The notes beneath the pieces were generated by a model that did not search any database, was not told where the DNA came from, and saw only the letters and a list, made by a program, of their open reading frames with translations. Positions 11,950 through 25,848 of a stretch of DNA of 64,000 nt are shown in pieces. The position numbers and the translations under genes were made by a program. How positions within the stretch are numbered: position 1 is the first letter of the stretch; each line of letters begins with the position of its first letter. This stretch comes from Amphiscolops sp. MND2022 (lineage: Eukaryota). Location of the stretch: the NCBI GenBank assembly GCA_964187785.1, contig OZ076415.1, positions 28,458,001-28,522,000 of the forward strand, given 5' to 3'.

Positions 11950-14450
11950 TGAAACGTTTTCGATTTCTGGAAAAAACTGCACAGTGGAAAAGATTACTCT
12001 CAATAGTCCACGTTGCATTCTTCAAATTTTACTTGAACAAATTTTGGTCTCTGAACGCCAATTTATAAGAAATCAGTACGCCATAACTTTTATCGAGTTA
12101 AGTTACGCGTACGAGTGTTAAGATAAAATTATATACTTGCGTTGGTACCTATGACCACAACTGTAAAATCAGCCACAAAACAAATGCAGCTTGTTAACGA
12201 TGTATCAATGTGCTGATTGAACCGTATCTATTTGTATACACGAACTCCTGAATTCTTACAGAACAGTTTCTTTTACAGTGACCTCATTTTGTTTCGAAAC
12301 CTGTGGCTTCTCGAATCCAAAAAGCATCGTTTCTTATTTATCTGTAATGATAGTTATTGGCAAACAACCAGTCCGAGACTACATCTGTATCTTGGCCCAG
12401 CGTTGATCAATGGAGTGTCATCACCAAAAATTATTACTTTACTATCACCACATACTATCACCCACATTGGGGGAACATTAGTGAGTTAACTGTAACTAGA
12501 AATCCATTTATAAATACATGCAGCCACCGATCACTGAGGTAACTTTTAATCATTGCATGTATCGGCCCTCTATAGCCGTATCGTTCCAGATTTCTAAAAG
12601 AATTGTGCGATCCAGCGTAGTAAATGCCTTCTGAAGATTTTTGAAACATGCCTGTCTTGTGAATTTCAGATCTCAATAATTATGTAATTGGAGCTATCAC
12701 ATCTTCACATGATGTTTTCTATCGGCATCCATACTGGTGGTTTTTAACAATTTCTTTTGGTTCCACAGAAAAAATCAATAATCGTTTTTGCTTTATCTTT
12801 TCGAAAATCTCACTTAAAGAACTAAGTATCTAGTCTATAATTTTCATTTTTATTCCTTTTGTGTATGTGTACTGATTTGACTTTTCTCTAAAAACTTTAG
12901 GAATAGTACTTTTTACGATAGTTTCCTTGAACGCGAACGCATTGACTATTGAGTTTTCAACAACTTGGGAACAGCATTTAAGTATCTCATTTGTCATCCT
13001 GAGGTCTTATTGTTCAACTGTTCATCATTTTCCAGCATTTCTTACTCATTTGTCAGTTGAAATTTTGTTATTGAGTATTTGGTAATCTTTTCAGTTTTTT
13101 AGGCGTAGATGATAGCATTGCGCCTATGGAAATAAATTTCGCCTATGGAAATACTCTCTTGTAATTGAGAGGACGCGAGGGCTTCCTCGATAATTTCAAT
13201 TTGCTACCTGCAGTGTTAAATAGACTATTCAGTTTTGTTTGGGGGTGGTGGGCAATGTTTTTACAGTTACTTCAAGAAAATGTTTCCGATTCAAGTTTTG
13301 TTTTCCCCACATACCTTCTTGATCATCGGACGAAGAGTTTTGATTCGTATTTTTTGGCATTGGTGTCAATTGTTTTTAATCCTTAAGTTGTTCCTTCTTG
13401 GAAGGTAGTTTGATGCTGTAGCACATCTGATTGTAATTGGTGTTCCTTGTTCGTTGTAGTGCAACGTTTGCAAGGTTATCGACATCTTTTTTGTTGCGCA
13501 CAAGTTTGGATATAGTCTTTTCAAGTGTTTGCGAGAAGACTTGCACGTGACTGTTGTATGTAGGCGTAACCAAGTTTTTTTCTTTTTCCTTGTACAATTT
13601 CAACTGCTTATCATTTTTCGTTAATCTTTCTCATAGATAGATGGGCTTTTTGTTTTTTGGGTTAACCATATTCGGGCGACTCAGAACCAGACATTTAAGT
13701 GAAACATCAATTTTGTGATGAAATTACAGAAACTTGACAATCACTGGTGGAATTTGTTATTTTTCAGTTTTTGGTAGAAAATGGCAGTCTTTCAATATAA
13801 CATTTTGCAGTCTATAGTCCAAGAATGTTTCAAACAATTGGTGCGTATTGCGCAACTGAGGCTATTGTATATTGTAGATAAAAAAACTATCAATAATAAC
13901 GCTGTCCTCTTTGGTGCCGATTCGTACCTCCTGGAAGTGAATTTCCTTCTGCATTTCGTATATCTTCCAGTCGTTTTTCGACAAAGTTTTTTTTATAATT
14001 GCACGATACTCTGCTCCTGGAATACCATTTTGTCTATTATAATTTTTTTCCAGAGTTTCTATTTCAAATGTTTTGAAGCTTTGTTCAATACTTTTAAAGA
14101 TCATTTTGAGATTTTGGAACGACAAGTACTTCTACGATTTTCTGTTTCCGTTGCGTAACATAGTTGAAGAAAGCCATTTCAGCTGGTAAACACGCGGTAA
14201 ACATGTAATTATTTACTACAAAAATTCCGTTTGGTTGAATGTCAGTCACTCTAGAGCATGGTTTTGTAAAAGTAAGAAAAACCTAACTCAGCAATTGGTA
14301 CTCTCAGATTTCATTGGTAAGAAAATATTCCTCTATTATCTCCTGTTCCGTAAAACTGTTGAGGAAGTTGAAAAATGAATTAGAAATGGATTCATGACAA
14401 GATTTTGCCGCAAAAATGCTTTGAAATACACTAACAATTTGAGCATTGTT
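11950..14450 (-). mobile_element. Degraded non-LTR retrotransposon (CR1/L2-group-like) fragments
   Basis: Minus strand shows an RT region (NLERYGYRGPIHAMIKSYLSDR...; FGDDT equals the YADD box near 12425), an APE-like VRIGTKEDSVIIDSFF (~13880-13930) and an ORF1-like PPVIVKFL...KPIYL (~13640-13750). Confidence 0.7.
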
Positions 14451-17400
14451 CCTTGAAGAAGTCACTTCGGAACCAAAGCTTCAAGTTCACTTTTGCTTTA
14501 CAACTTGGCTACGAATATGGTACCATAGCGTGCCATCCGAACGGGCGCCATCCGAACATGCCCGATTGCATGAGTAGACCTAACAACTGCAACCTCTAAT
14601 CGTTACAAACTCAGAATACTCAACTATTTGTCTAGTTCATAAAGCTGCTAAAATGAGAAAAAAACGACTGGCTTAGCCGATCGTAAAGTATTGAATCTTC
14701 TTTCAAGTAAACCAATACAGTGCATATTTTTCATGTCATGAAGCATTGATTTATACAATCTAGCGGATAGTATTCGTTAATGTAAAAATATCGAAAACCA
14801 CAACAACGACTGTTGTGGTTGGTCTTCAATTATACCTGAAACGTCGTTTAGTGTACATTCAGAAAGCATCATTCACAGTCGTAGAGCTACAGTAACCATG
14901 GTTACCAGTTTCAGTGCTATTAACACTGATGGGTGATCCGATTGCTAATTACCTACTCTAATTTGTAGCAGGTGCGAAAGAATATTGTGTGATGGTATGT
15001 ATTAGTTAGTGACGACTGTAACACGCAGTCGTAATTGCGCTGTAATTAACACCTGAAGTAACCGCCAACCAGAAAGCAGCAACTTACGACGCATAATCGT
15101 CCATCCCTTGCAGTTGGGGAACTTACCTTTCTTCTTCCTTTGGGTTACAGTGAAGCAAAATCAGATATGTTATCGTTTCGCAAGTTACCACTCACAAAAA
15201 GATCTGAAGCTGAAGTGCTTCAGGTATCTGCGCTAGTGAAAAGTCATTAGCATCTCCATTTTCTGTTCGAGCACCGGATTGGCAAACTGCCTCATTAGAA
15301 TTAGGGTGCTGGACATCGAGTGGAGTTATACACTTTTCCTTCTGTAGTGAACGAATATTTTTCAGACAGAATAAATCGGTTTGACGAAGACCGCTCAAGG
15401 CTATATTGCTCTGAGTTTAATTTGGAAAACTCACAGTTTTTTAATGACTATTGGTACTGTAAAGATGTTTTCCTTGAGAAGGAATAAAAATATTTCTGCT
15501 TTTTTCTTGATCACATTAAACTTTCATTTTTGACAGCTTTCAAAAAGTTCTTACAAGAAACATGACCACTGATTCTAGGGTATTTACTTTGCGCCAGAGT
15601 ACGAAACGTAAACTAGTCATGTTGGGCTTTGGATTTGTAATAATTTCTTTGGATTAGTAGTTAGTATGAGGATTTTGAATTGATGCAAAAACGAATTATC
15701 ACTGCAAAGTAAGATTGAGTCCTTAGTTTGAACAATTTAAAAAGTTGATTTTTTGTAACTATTCTGTAACAATTGAATGCAGTGAGAAAAAGAGAAACCT
15801 AATCCGTGATGAGTCGGTTCCTATCTCGAGTGACTATGATCCCATTGGGCCAAAATCATGGTTATTGTTTTGATCAATCCTTTTCCTCCTGATTTTGAAA
15901 TTGTTACATTCAAACCATCGCCATTAAAATGCCGGTCCATGTAAGTTTTTCATTCAAGATCGATGAATTCAAAAACGTTTTGACAGTTTCGGGGAAATTG
16001 AGGTCTTGTTCAACGAAAAGATATGCAATCTAGCTTCGAGGAAAGTGGTTTTGGCCAGTTTTAACAAAGAGTTCACACATTTTATGAGGGACGTGAATGC
16101 TTGCAGTCGCTGTGTTTCAAAAAATTCATAGCAAAAACAATATTAGTCTACCACATTGTCATATGACTCATAGCAAAAAATTCATAGCAAAAACAATATT
16201 AGTTTACCACATTGACATATGTCTTATTTTGACAATACCAAACCAATTTAGGGCATTTTTAGACAACGCTTTTCGAAAATAGAGCACACTCATACAATGA
16301 CGGGTTTTAACCTTGTTTTCTCTATTGAGAAAAAAAAACGAAATTGTCTGAAGAAAGAATCACACTAAAAAAGTCCTTTTGTTCAATTTGTTGGTGGCTT
16401 TTTTGTATCGTCTGGCTGCTGATTGTTTCCTAGTGTGTGAACGTTCTAGAGACACTTGGTAACTCTTTTACATTTTCCTGAAAACCATGGTAGGATTTTC
16501 CATCAAGGGCGTAAACAAATATGAGCTATCTTGCAATATTTGGCCGAGAAGTTCAAAAGAAATGCTAACAAGTGAATGGAGGCAAGACGCCCGCTGTGCG
16601 CCGGGATATTTTCCGCCATCAAAGTGATGGCTTGTTTTCCAACCTCCGCATCCTTCTTAGTATAATGCAAAATAGTTCAGATAAAACGTCAAAAATTAGA
16701 ATATAGCGCAATAATTTCGAACCTCCGCCTCCTCCTTAGTAAAACGCAATTTACTTCGTATATACCGTTAGAAGTTTGGATAAAGCGTGCTAGTACGGTA
16801 CACATGGCAGGTCTTTTTATAAGCACCAAGGGATAAGACATAAAGTGGAGTAAAAAATGGAGATTTGCCAGAATTTGTGGAAAAAAAAACGCAAGACAGA
16901 TTATGATTTTCCTCCCCGATTTATGTGAGCGGAAAATAATAAACAACAACCGGAGCCAACGGTGGCTTGATCAGCGTATCTTCTACGTCAGGGCCATTCA
17001 CACTACGAATCAACAATCACATCCCAACAAATCAAAGAATTTTGATATGCGTAATCGAATTCGAAACTTTGTTAATGTCAAAAATTTGTTCTTCTATTGC
17101 TGTCGACATGATGTCACGATGTTGTTTGTCAATGATCAAAATTGTCCAAATTGGTGGCTAAGATAACTACAGAAAACGTATCACTCACATGGTTTTACCA
17201 TGTTTTTCAACAAACAATTTAAATTCTTGAAAAACGACACCATCATTTTCTGCTGGTGCTGACATGGTCATTTTTAACGATAAACTTTGGTTCTTCCGCT
17301 GAATATAATTTTTGCTCCTGTCTGGACAAATTTTGATGCGTCTCAATTTCAGTGGCTCTGCGTAGCATAAAACAGCTACCTGTCTTTTCGTCTTATGCAA

Positions 17401-17489
17401 TTAAACCTAATCAATTTCAACCGCTGTCATTTCAAACCATTACTTTCTACAGCTTGCAATTTCGACCACTTAGTAGCACGCAAGGTTCC

Positions 17490-20300
17490 GCTTGCTCTGT
17501 GTACAACTATTCACTTCAAAAATTGATTTATACTACGCATATCGACAAATGAAACTACACATAGAGCAGAGACAAGCGAACAATGCGTATTTGCAAAAAC
17601 CGGGGTTAAACGGTCTTTCCGCAATATCCGCACTATTACAAAAGAAAATTATTCGAACTCCAGAAAAATGCACACCGGCTGGGCTAGATGATGCAATAGT
17701 ACAGACTCACGGAAACGTATTTGAACTTGAAACCACCGAACTTTACAACGGAATTGATATCATGCCTCGGTGCAAATTAATAGTTACCAAAAGTTCTACC
17801 GAAGCTATCGGAAAGGGCAGAGAGACGCAGACAACTACTGAACAAAACTGAATCACGGGAAGGGGAAAATGAACAGGAAGAAGGTTTCACCTATATCAAA
17901 CGGATGTAAGCTAAACAGCAATGCCTAGCACATTACGCTAAAGATACATAAATTATGGTTACAATGGATGCAAGTAAAACCGGCATTGGGATACATTTTG
18001 GCTACAACAAGATAACTAAGATATACATCTGATTGCCCTATACAGAAAAAGCAATTCAATTTTAACTATAATTTTTGTTCTCTGATGACCAGACACTAGA
18101 ACCGTTGACGATGCGGAACTGCAGCAACCACCAATATAGCGTGAGGCTCACCCGGTGGCAAAATTACCTGGCTCATTTCGATTTTGTCGTTCAACACATC
18201 GCTGGTATCAACTTGTAGCAACTCAAAAGTTACCAATTTTCAGTAGAACCTCGGTATGTGGAGCAGCATCGGAAGGCACATATGAGGAATAATACGCAAG
18301 AAACATATTTAACGAGCACGCAGAATTGAACCTGAAACTACCGGATAGAAGCGAGTTCGCAATTCGACAAGCAATCAGAATGCAGGAAAAAAACCGAAAG
18401 AGAGCAAAACCTGTCCGAAAGTGAAGCTGAGCACGAAAATAGCCCGTCACAAACGGGTAGAATTTTTCGGGAAAACGCAACATGAACAAATTCAACACAT
18501 ACGAAATTTTTTACATCCGGGCACACTAACATTTGCACCTCAATCTCCACAAAAAGAAAAGGTTACAGAGATGAACAAAGAACATTTGTATCAATCGGGA
18601 GCTACATGAGAAAGCATTGTGATTACTTGAAGACAAAACAAAAGCCCGGAAAAACGAAGACTTGTGGAACAGAGAACTTTTAGCAAGACCCGGCCGAACA
18701 ACACACGGCCGAAGCAAAATCTGTCCGAGAGAGACATTGAGCACGAAAATAACCCATCACAAACGAGTAAAATGTTCAAGAAAAACGCATCATGAACAAA
18801 TTCAACGCATTCGAAAGTTTTTACATCCGGGCACACTGAGATTTGCACCTCAATTATAGGTTATCTCCACAAAAAGAATAAGTTACCGAAATGAATAAAA
18901 AACATTTTTATCAATCGGAAGCTACATGAGAAAGCATGGTGATTATTTGAAGACAAAACAAAAGCCCGGAAACATGCGGACTTTTGGAACGAAAAACTTT
19001 TAGCAAGACCCGGCCGAACAATGCGGAGAAGATTTTATCCAAAATCACCGAGGACTTCATTCGCGCCATCTAGACAAAACAAACGGAGCTGAGAAAAACT
19101 TGCGGAGACAAAAACCCAATTGACACAAAGAGCAAATTGGCTGAGCAGTAGAATATTAGAGTGACAGAAGGCGAACTAGAAGACGAACGAAAAGCTGAGG
19201 ACACCGAAGAAGACAGTGTCATCACGTGGTGCGACAACCTAACAATTGTGGATCTAAGAAAGTACCACCCGGAACCAGAACCGGAGGATTATCTACAGGC
19301 TGAAAAGCGTTCTTTGAAAAGTATTTTTGGTGGGGATAGATGTTCGTAGATATTCAAATCGCCGTTCCGTGATACTTAAGAAGAAGACAACTTGACGTAA
19401 TAAACGTCGGTTATTCCCGAAATACGAAATTGACAATCGAAGCAAGGATTTTCTAGTGGCCGAAAATGCGGAAAGACATCAAACAGAAATTAAAAGGAAG
19501 TACCGCATTCTTAGCCACATGTAAGAATTCTAAATATCGAATTACAAGTAATCAATACGGAAAGTTAGAGAATTGGGAGCTGAACCGGACAAGAATTACA
19601 AAAGACATTACCGGAAAACTACATAAAAACCTTAAACGGAGATTCCCAGAAACCAATGATAATAGACGCTTTAGCAAATGACCGACAGCGAAAACCTGTA
19701 AAACATCAGAAACAAAAGATGTCATAAACGTTTCAAAGAAAATTGTTTTTCTATACGGAATACCAGAGAGAATACAATACGATAGAGGAAGGATGTTTAT
19801 TTCAACTGAATCTGCAGAGTTTTGCAAATCCCTAATAAAAAAATCAATTCTGCCCATCCGGAATGCGCAACATCAACCGAACTGTTGAACGAGCAATATG
19901 GACGTTGAAAAAAGTAAAACTAATAATCATGAAAGACCGAATTAATTTATTCGAGAGCGTGAATGGAGCACTTGAATGCGACTAGCACTTCACACGGAAT
20001 TAAAAAAACATTGTTCGAGCTACACCACGGTAGACACCTGGGAAACGAATTAACAGATGTTTTTTTTTCAGAGTTGTCACCATTGTTCATTTCAGCACCA
20101 AACAAATCAATTGTACCGAAATGTGTCCATTGGCAAAACAAATCAAATCGAAACATATTCGGAAGACGAAGATGATGACGACGAAGAAGAAGATCAGATG
20201 CTGGAGTCTACGACGTTTCTGAAAAAGACTGTTGCTACGCTCCAATCCGAACGGATCTGGAAAAAGACGTAACTCAGTTCTACACTGATAAATAAATGCC
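17490..20300 (+). mobile_element. Degraded Ty3/Gypsy pol remnant (RT-RNaseH-integrase)
   Basis: FTSKIDLYYAYRQMKL (RT); VTMDASKTGIG and RLTRWQNYLAHFDFVVQHIAG (RNaseH); VERAIWTLK and KTLFELHHGR (integrase). Many stops. Confidence 0.85.
18215..19025. repeat. ~0.8-kb insertion of about 2.5 copies of a ~290-320-bp unit inside the Gypsy RNaseH end
   Basis: TTTTTACATCCGGGCACACT at ~18508 and ~18818; GAAGACAAAACAAAAGCCCGGAAA at ~18630 and ~18950. Gypsy homology stops at ~18215 and resumes at ~19025. Confidence 0.75.
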
Positions 20301-21230
20301 ACAGGGTGAGAAATTTGAATTGAATGTATTGAAGGACTTATAACTTATCAAGGAGTTTTTTGGGTTTGACTTCTTTATTAGAATTGTTACAAGCTCAATC
20401 TGGAACAACACAAAGGGCTTACCCCAGTTGGAAAATGTCTAAAGCCCCAGGACTTTCTACCGGGAGAGATGAGTCATGTCACATGCCGCCACCCGGCCCA
20501 TCTTCATATGAAAGAAAAACTCGAAGAGAAGAGGGAATGTTCTACGGTTCAACCGTTATTGCCGCCATTAACCTCTACCTCAGTTTACCTGAGCCATTAA
20601 CCTCTTTGAGTTTCGGTTGTGGACGTACCTGCCTTTATTTACAAACAGTGAACTCCAGATATAAAACTTAGATGTATCAATTTTTGCTTTACGCTTCCAA
20701 ATTTCAGTTCCAATTTTCACAATTGTTCGGGTTGAGCCGAAGAGCAATTTGAAGAGAAATCTAGCAGGGTTTCAGTTAAGTGAAAACCTTATGCACCGAT
20801 TAAAAATTGATTCTCTAAATTTTCTACACAAATCTGACGGGGTGTCTTCTGAATCACTAAGTATCTTCAGTGCAATAAGTATCTGTCGCAACCCAGAAGT
20901 TGCGTGGGAGCCGTGGCGCACCAGTGAATAAAGCCGAACGAGAAAGCAGCCACAGCAAACTCTTAAAACTAAATTATGGGTTAAAACTGCAAACCAATAA
21001 ACTAACATTTTGCTGTGATTTCGTTGATTTTGTAAGTCATGTAAATACAATATTTATAAAATGTTTGCCTTTATTGAAGCCTTTTCTCATGTCACTAATG
21101 GACATTAAAACTTCATTGTGAACCCTTATTTACATATTCAATGAGTTGCCCTAGTCTTAGATGACGTAATTGGAAGCTTAGATACATTTGAAATTGTCCC
21201 CAGATAGTAACTTACACCTTAGCATGGTAC

Positions 21231-21415
21231 CACTATGCGGTAGCATGCGGATCGAGGATTGACGTATACTCGTAACTATGCGGAATTAGCCACTCTATTA
21301 TGCGGCATTATACGTTTCGAGGTGTGACGCATACTCGTCACTATACGTTTTTCACAGAGACACTATGCGGCATCCTGCGGATCGTGTAGTGACGTATACT
21401 CGTCACTATGCGGTT
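21231..21415. repeat. Minisatellite, about three copies of GACGTATACTCGTCACTATGCGG-containing units
   Basis: Motif near 21260, 21327 and 21391. Confidence 0.8.
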
Positions 21416-21640
21416 CCAGCAGGACCTTCTATATAATGTAGAAAGCTGAAACAGTGCTAGTTGGAAACCATCTCAAATGCATTTTATACTGTATTCTAAG
21501 TAAATTCTAGGGTTTTCCTAGTCCTTTCCTTGAATATACTTTAAACGCGAAGTAATTCAGTCGATGCTATAAATAGTATGACGTTACCCTGACGTAATCC
21601 TATTTTTATCTTTTTCCAATAATGACTACAGTAAAAAAGG

Positions 21641-21660
21641 AGTGTCATGGTACCATTTGG
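21641..21660 (+). promoter_or_regulatory. Probable LTR 3' end (...GTGTCA) followed by a PBS (TGGTACCA...)
   Basis: CA immediately followed by TGG, ~200 bp upstream of a gag-like ORF. Confidence 0.45.
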
Positions 21661-21850
21661 AGCTATTTCATTTCAAAATCGAGGGAGAACAACATTCAAA
21701 TCTCAACCGTCAACTAGTGCAGTTGCTCTCTTCAAACATCTGTAAACCTTTTGGTAACTTCGTGATACTTCCAAATCTTGTTGTTTTGAATAAACAAGAT
21801 AATTCAAATTCTTCCCCAAAAGCTAGAAACTATTTTTCACTCAAAGCAAT

Positions 21851-22483
21851 ATGGGAAACAGACGCAATAGACGTTCTAGAAGATTAGAAACTCCTTCCCC
21901 AGATAGAGAAGTAGAAGTAACTCAAGTAGGGACACCCATTACAGGTAATGAGACTTTAACTAATGTTAGTACTGTAATTCAAGGAGATTTAGGTGAAAAC
22001 AACTTAGGAGACCAATTTACTGAACCCAGTCAAATAAGCAACGAAATCCAAGCATGGACCCAGATTATGGAACAAAAGAATAATGATAGGATTGAAAAGA
22101 TGAGAGAAGAGATGGAATATAAACTTGAAACGATCTTAAAGGAAATAAAGTCTTATAAAAGTGCATCAACTGTGACAAACACAAGGTCAGAAATTAACGA
22201 AAACAGAGACCCACAACCATCAGGATCCAAAACAATTAGGTCTCTAGGAGTTCACGCATCTAATAACGAAGACTCAGATTCTGAAAACGACGATTATCCT
22301 CTCAGAGCTTCTAAAATGAAAGACTTAAGACATCCTGCCAGACCGGTATTCTACAACGAATCAGACGTAGATGTAACTATACATCCGGATGAAGAATCCG
22401 ATGCAGAAGAAGTAGAGGATTCTCACAGTATCACTGCTATTAGTATAAATTTACAGATTATCGATAATATATCCTTTTTATAA
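21851..22483 (+). pseudogene. Truncated gag-like N-terminal ORF of an LTR retrotransposon
   Basis: Clean 210-aa ORF (basic N-terminus, coiled coil IMEQKNNDRIEKMREEME, acidic tail) after a putative LTR/PBS; ends just before a Helentron-like repeat. No diagnostic gag motif is retained. Confidence 0.45.
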
Positions 22484-22552
22484 ACAACCAGAAGGGACAC
22501 GTAGCAGGGTAATCAGTGATAATAGTGGTAATAACAAAATTAGTGTTTTTAG

Positions 22553-23628
22553 TCGGCGCCTTTTCCCTTAAGGAAAAAAGCCCGACTCTTACAGTGGGTA
22601 GTTTTTTTAGTCGGCGCCTTTTCCCTTAAGGAAAAAAGCCCGACTCTTACAGTGAGTAGTTTTTTTTGTTTTTTTTTTGTTTTTTTTTAGTTGACAATCT
22701 CACTCTGAGTGGTCCACTTTTCTTACAATTTTTGTTCATCTTTCATATTTGTTCATCTTCCATCTTCGACCCAGCCGGAGAGCGTGGGTTCGATTCTCGC
22801 GCTAAACCATAAATTTTTTAATGCTTCCAAAAGTACATGTGAGACCAAAGGGTCCCCCCTTTGGGTTTTTTTTCGGCACTATGCGACTTTTTTCGAAAAT
22901 TTTCGAAATTTATCAAAGGGTACCCCCTTGAATTTTTTTAAAGTTTTCGGTTTGTAGAAAACGTTGAATGAGCCTGAATGGCCTCTTTTTGAGTTTTTCG
23001 GCATTGTGCGACCTAAAAAATACTTTTTTTCGAAAAAAAAATCAAAATTTTTTTTTGAAAAAAAATTTTTTCCAAATTTTTCCAATAGTTGTTCCTTGAA
23101 TATTTTTGAGCCTAAGATATGGCGCCGACTTGGGATGTTCCCGTCTTGTTTTTTTTTCAGTTGACAATCTCACTCTGAGTGGTCCACTTTTCTTACAATC
23201 TTTGTTCACATTTGTTCACATTTGTTCAACTAATTTTCTGAGAAGCAGGGGATCGTGGGTTCGATTCTCGCACTAAACCACAAATTTTTTATGCTTCCAA
23301 AAGTAGATGCGAGACCAAAGCTTTGTTTCGTTTCGTTTGATTTTTTTCGTTTTTTTTCGGCACTATGCGACTTTTTTTCGAAAATTTTCGGAATCTATCA
23401 ATTGCATTTTTTTTGAAGTTTTCGGTTTGTAAAAACGTTTAATGAGCCTGAATGGCCTCTTTTTGAGTTTTTCGGCATTGTGCGACTTTCTAAAAAATAC
23501 TTTTTTTCGAAAAAAAAATTTCAAATTTTTTTTGAAAAAAATAATTTTTCCAAATGTTTCCAATAGTTGTTCTTTGAATATTTTTGAGCCTTAGATATGG
23601 CGCCGACTTGAGACGATCCCGTCTTGTT
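22553..23628 (-). mobile_element. Non-autonomous Helentron/DINE-1-like element with a duplicated ~470-bp body and duplicated 3' hairpin
   Basis: The minus 5' end reads AACAAGACGGG...AGTCGGCGCC (at 23628 and 23150). The inverted subterminal GGCGCCGACT lies in a hairpin AGTCGGGC-TTTTTTCCTTAAGGGAAAA-GGCGCCGACT (22553-22590, 22610-22646). T-rich flanks. Confidence 0.5.
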
Positions 23629-25659
23629 ATACGTTATTTCACCAAATTATGGCCATTTTAGTCGTTATTCTAGTAGAATACAGCATTTTGGCCATACTTT
23701 AACAAAATAACGTAATTTCAGACCCTATTTTAAAGGTAATCAGATCAGAAATGAAATACAATATCTAAAAATTTTGACTCGATTTTTCGGATTAGAATTT
23801 TTCATTTTCAAAAATTTTGTTGACTTTTTTGATAAAAAACGACAAATTTTTCAATTCATGTGACAAAATCCAGCAAACATGATTGTAAAAACCTAGAATA
23901 GGCCTTTTTGTTAAATTTCGATGTTTTTTTCATGGTTTTTGACGCTGAAAAATGTTTGAAAAAAATTTGAATTTCGAACCAATCAAAACAGTCTTATTTT
24001 GATATTCCGTTCTAAAGTAGTCCCTGAAAAAATTGTGTAGAACTTCTATCTGAAAATGAGTTTGTTTTTTTTTATACCGAAAAGTGATAAATATTGCCTA
24101 TTCCAACAGTTTGCATGCAAAAAAAATTTTCCACTGAAAAAAAATCCAGTAATACGAATTTGTTTGCCATATTTGCACTCGTCGACTATTTGTTTACGTC
24201 ATATTGGAGCGTCTGTGCTTACAAAATTCGAGACCTTGTCCACGAAAACCTACAATTTTTCGCGTGGAATTTGTTTTTAGTTTCCTTGATGTTATTCTGA
24301 AAACCCGCTAAATTGTAAAGAAATCTTGGTAACTACCTGAAAAATTAGTGACGCAGCATGAAAATATTGAGCATGAAAACTTCTCCAAGCAGCTACCAAA
24401 AACCTAATGACTTAGCCTTGCAACCTATAAAAGCATGTAAAACTTTCGGGCACTTTCAACCTGGGAGAGAACTTTGACTAATAGCGCTCGTCAGCTAAAA
24501 ATGATTTTTCTAAATATTTCAGAAATATTTATATTTTCGATTCTGGGGGAAATGAAGATAGAGGTGACAAAATATAAAAACTTTCGTTTTATCTGTCTTC
24601 GGTTGAAAAAATTGATTGAATCAATTATACTATCATACTTCAACTAATTGTTCACATTGTTCATTATAATTGTTCACATTGCTCATTCTAATTGTTCATT
24701 ATCGATCGGATTCCAATTTTGTTGTCTGGAATGAATGATCCAAATTAGTTAAATAGCTAATTGTTACCTGGTATGAACCAAGAGAAGCTGTTTTGACCAC
24801 GACCACACTTTAGTACACAGTTTTAAGATCAATTTTTACCTTTTTGCTATTCTTAATTTTACCCAATCGACAAAACGTTTTGAAGCAATATTAAAGTTAT
24901 AAAAGGAGCAAGGGAGTATTAACATCAAAACAAAAACTTCGGTTTTTTCTGTTCCCCGCCGCCAATTCATGTTTGAAAATTTATTGGGAAAAGGCCAAAT
25001 ACCTACAAACGAAAGCAAAACCTTTCAAAATTGAATTTATATTCAAAGTGACAATTTAGGATTCAGTTATAAACTTTGTTCAGATTTAACCCTAAATGGA
25101 CGACGGTACAATTTCGTACCAGTTACTTTCTGCAATCTTCTGAAAGCACCAGTTGACCGTATGGTAACGAAAACTAGTGAATAAGATTTACGGATGATTT
25201 TACAAAGCATTGCTCGCCTTTTCACCGAAGATTGTCTTGATGTCCTCGAAAGTGAGAAAATGGGACCAACAACTAAAATAAATAGGGGGCAGTTTTTCCG
25301 TTTTTCAATTTTTCGTTCGAGGTCACTTTATACAACTGGTATCAAGATTGGGTCAAAGTGACTCTAGCATGTTTTCAAACACGCTGAAATGTAGTCAGAA
25401 GCACAAAACTTGCAAAGTTTTGGCGCAAAGTCCGGAACCAGTGCGGCGAAGCGGGCCCCAGCCCAGCAGTTCAAAAATTAAATTGAAAGCACTGATTGTC
25501 TTCTTTCGAAAGCGCTAAAAATCGCTTGTCGGACTTAATTAGTTCAGGAGATATCGCGGTTTGAAGTTGAAGCACCAGATTTTCAGATGGATCCGGAAAT
25601 TTCCCCGTCCATTTAGGGTTAATCCATATGAAGTCACGTAATCTTGAATAGGAAATCAA

Positions 25660-25848
25660 TGTTGTATTCTCACAAAATAAAGTATGTTCTCGAACTTGTA
25701 TTAATTCTTGGTACCTAAAAGGCAACTCTAGCGAACAAAAAATGATATAAAAGTTTTTATCTTAAGTCTCTCGCTGGTACACACGAGCAGGTTCTTTCTG
25801 TGACCAAAACGCGGTAGACGTCATATTGATAGGATGAACCGTATGACA
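25660..25848 (-). repeat. Isolated LTR related to the 5' LTR of the Gypsy at 38874-39056
   Basis: TGTTGTATTCTCACAAAA...GAACCGTATGACA aligns end to end with 38874-39056. No TSD recognised. Confidence 0.82.

Noticed and set aside
14450-17450. Short ORFs (e.g. 15192-15398, 16689-17166) and small direct repeats (14534-14560, 16125-16215)
   Set aside because: No recognisable domains or element ends; treated as unannotated decayed DNA.
20330-21120. Possible 3' LTR or env of the + strand Gypsy
   Set aside because: No partner LTR or PPT could be identified in the window, and the ORFs lack motifs.
23700-25640. AT-rich ORFs and an AATTGTTCACATT microrepeat (~24646-24700)
   Set aside because: Low-complexity sequence with no coding or structural evidence.
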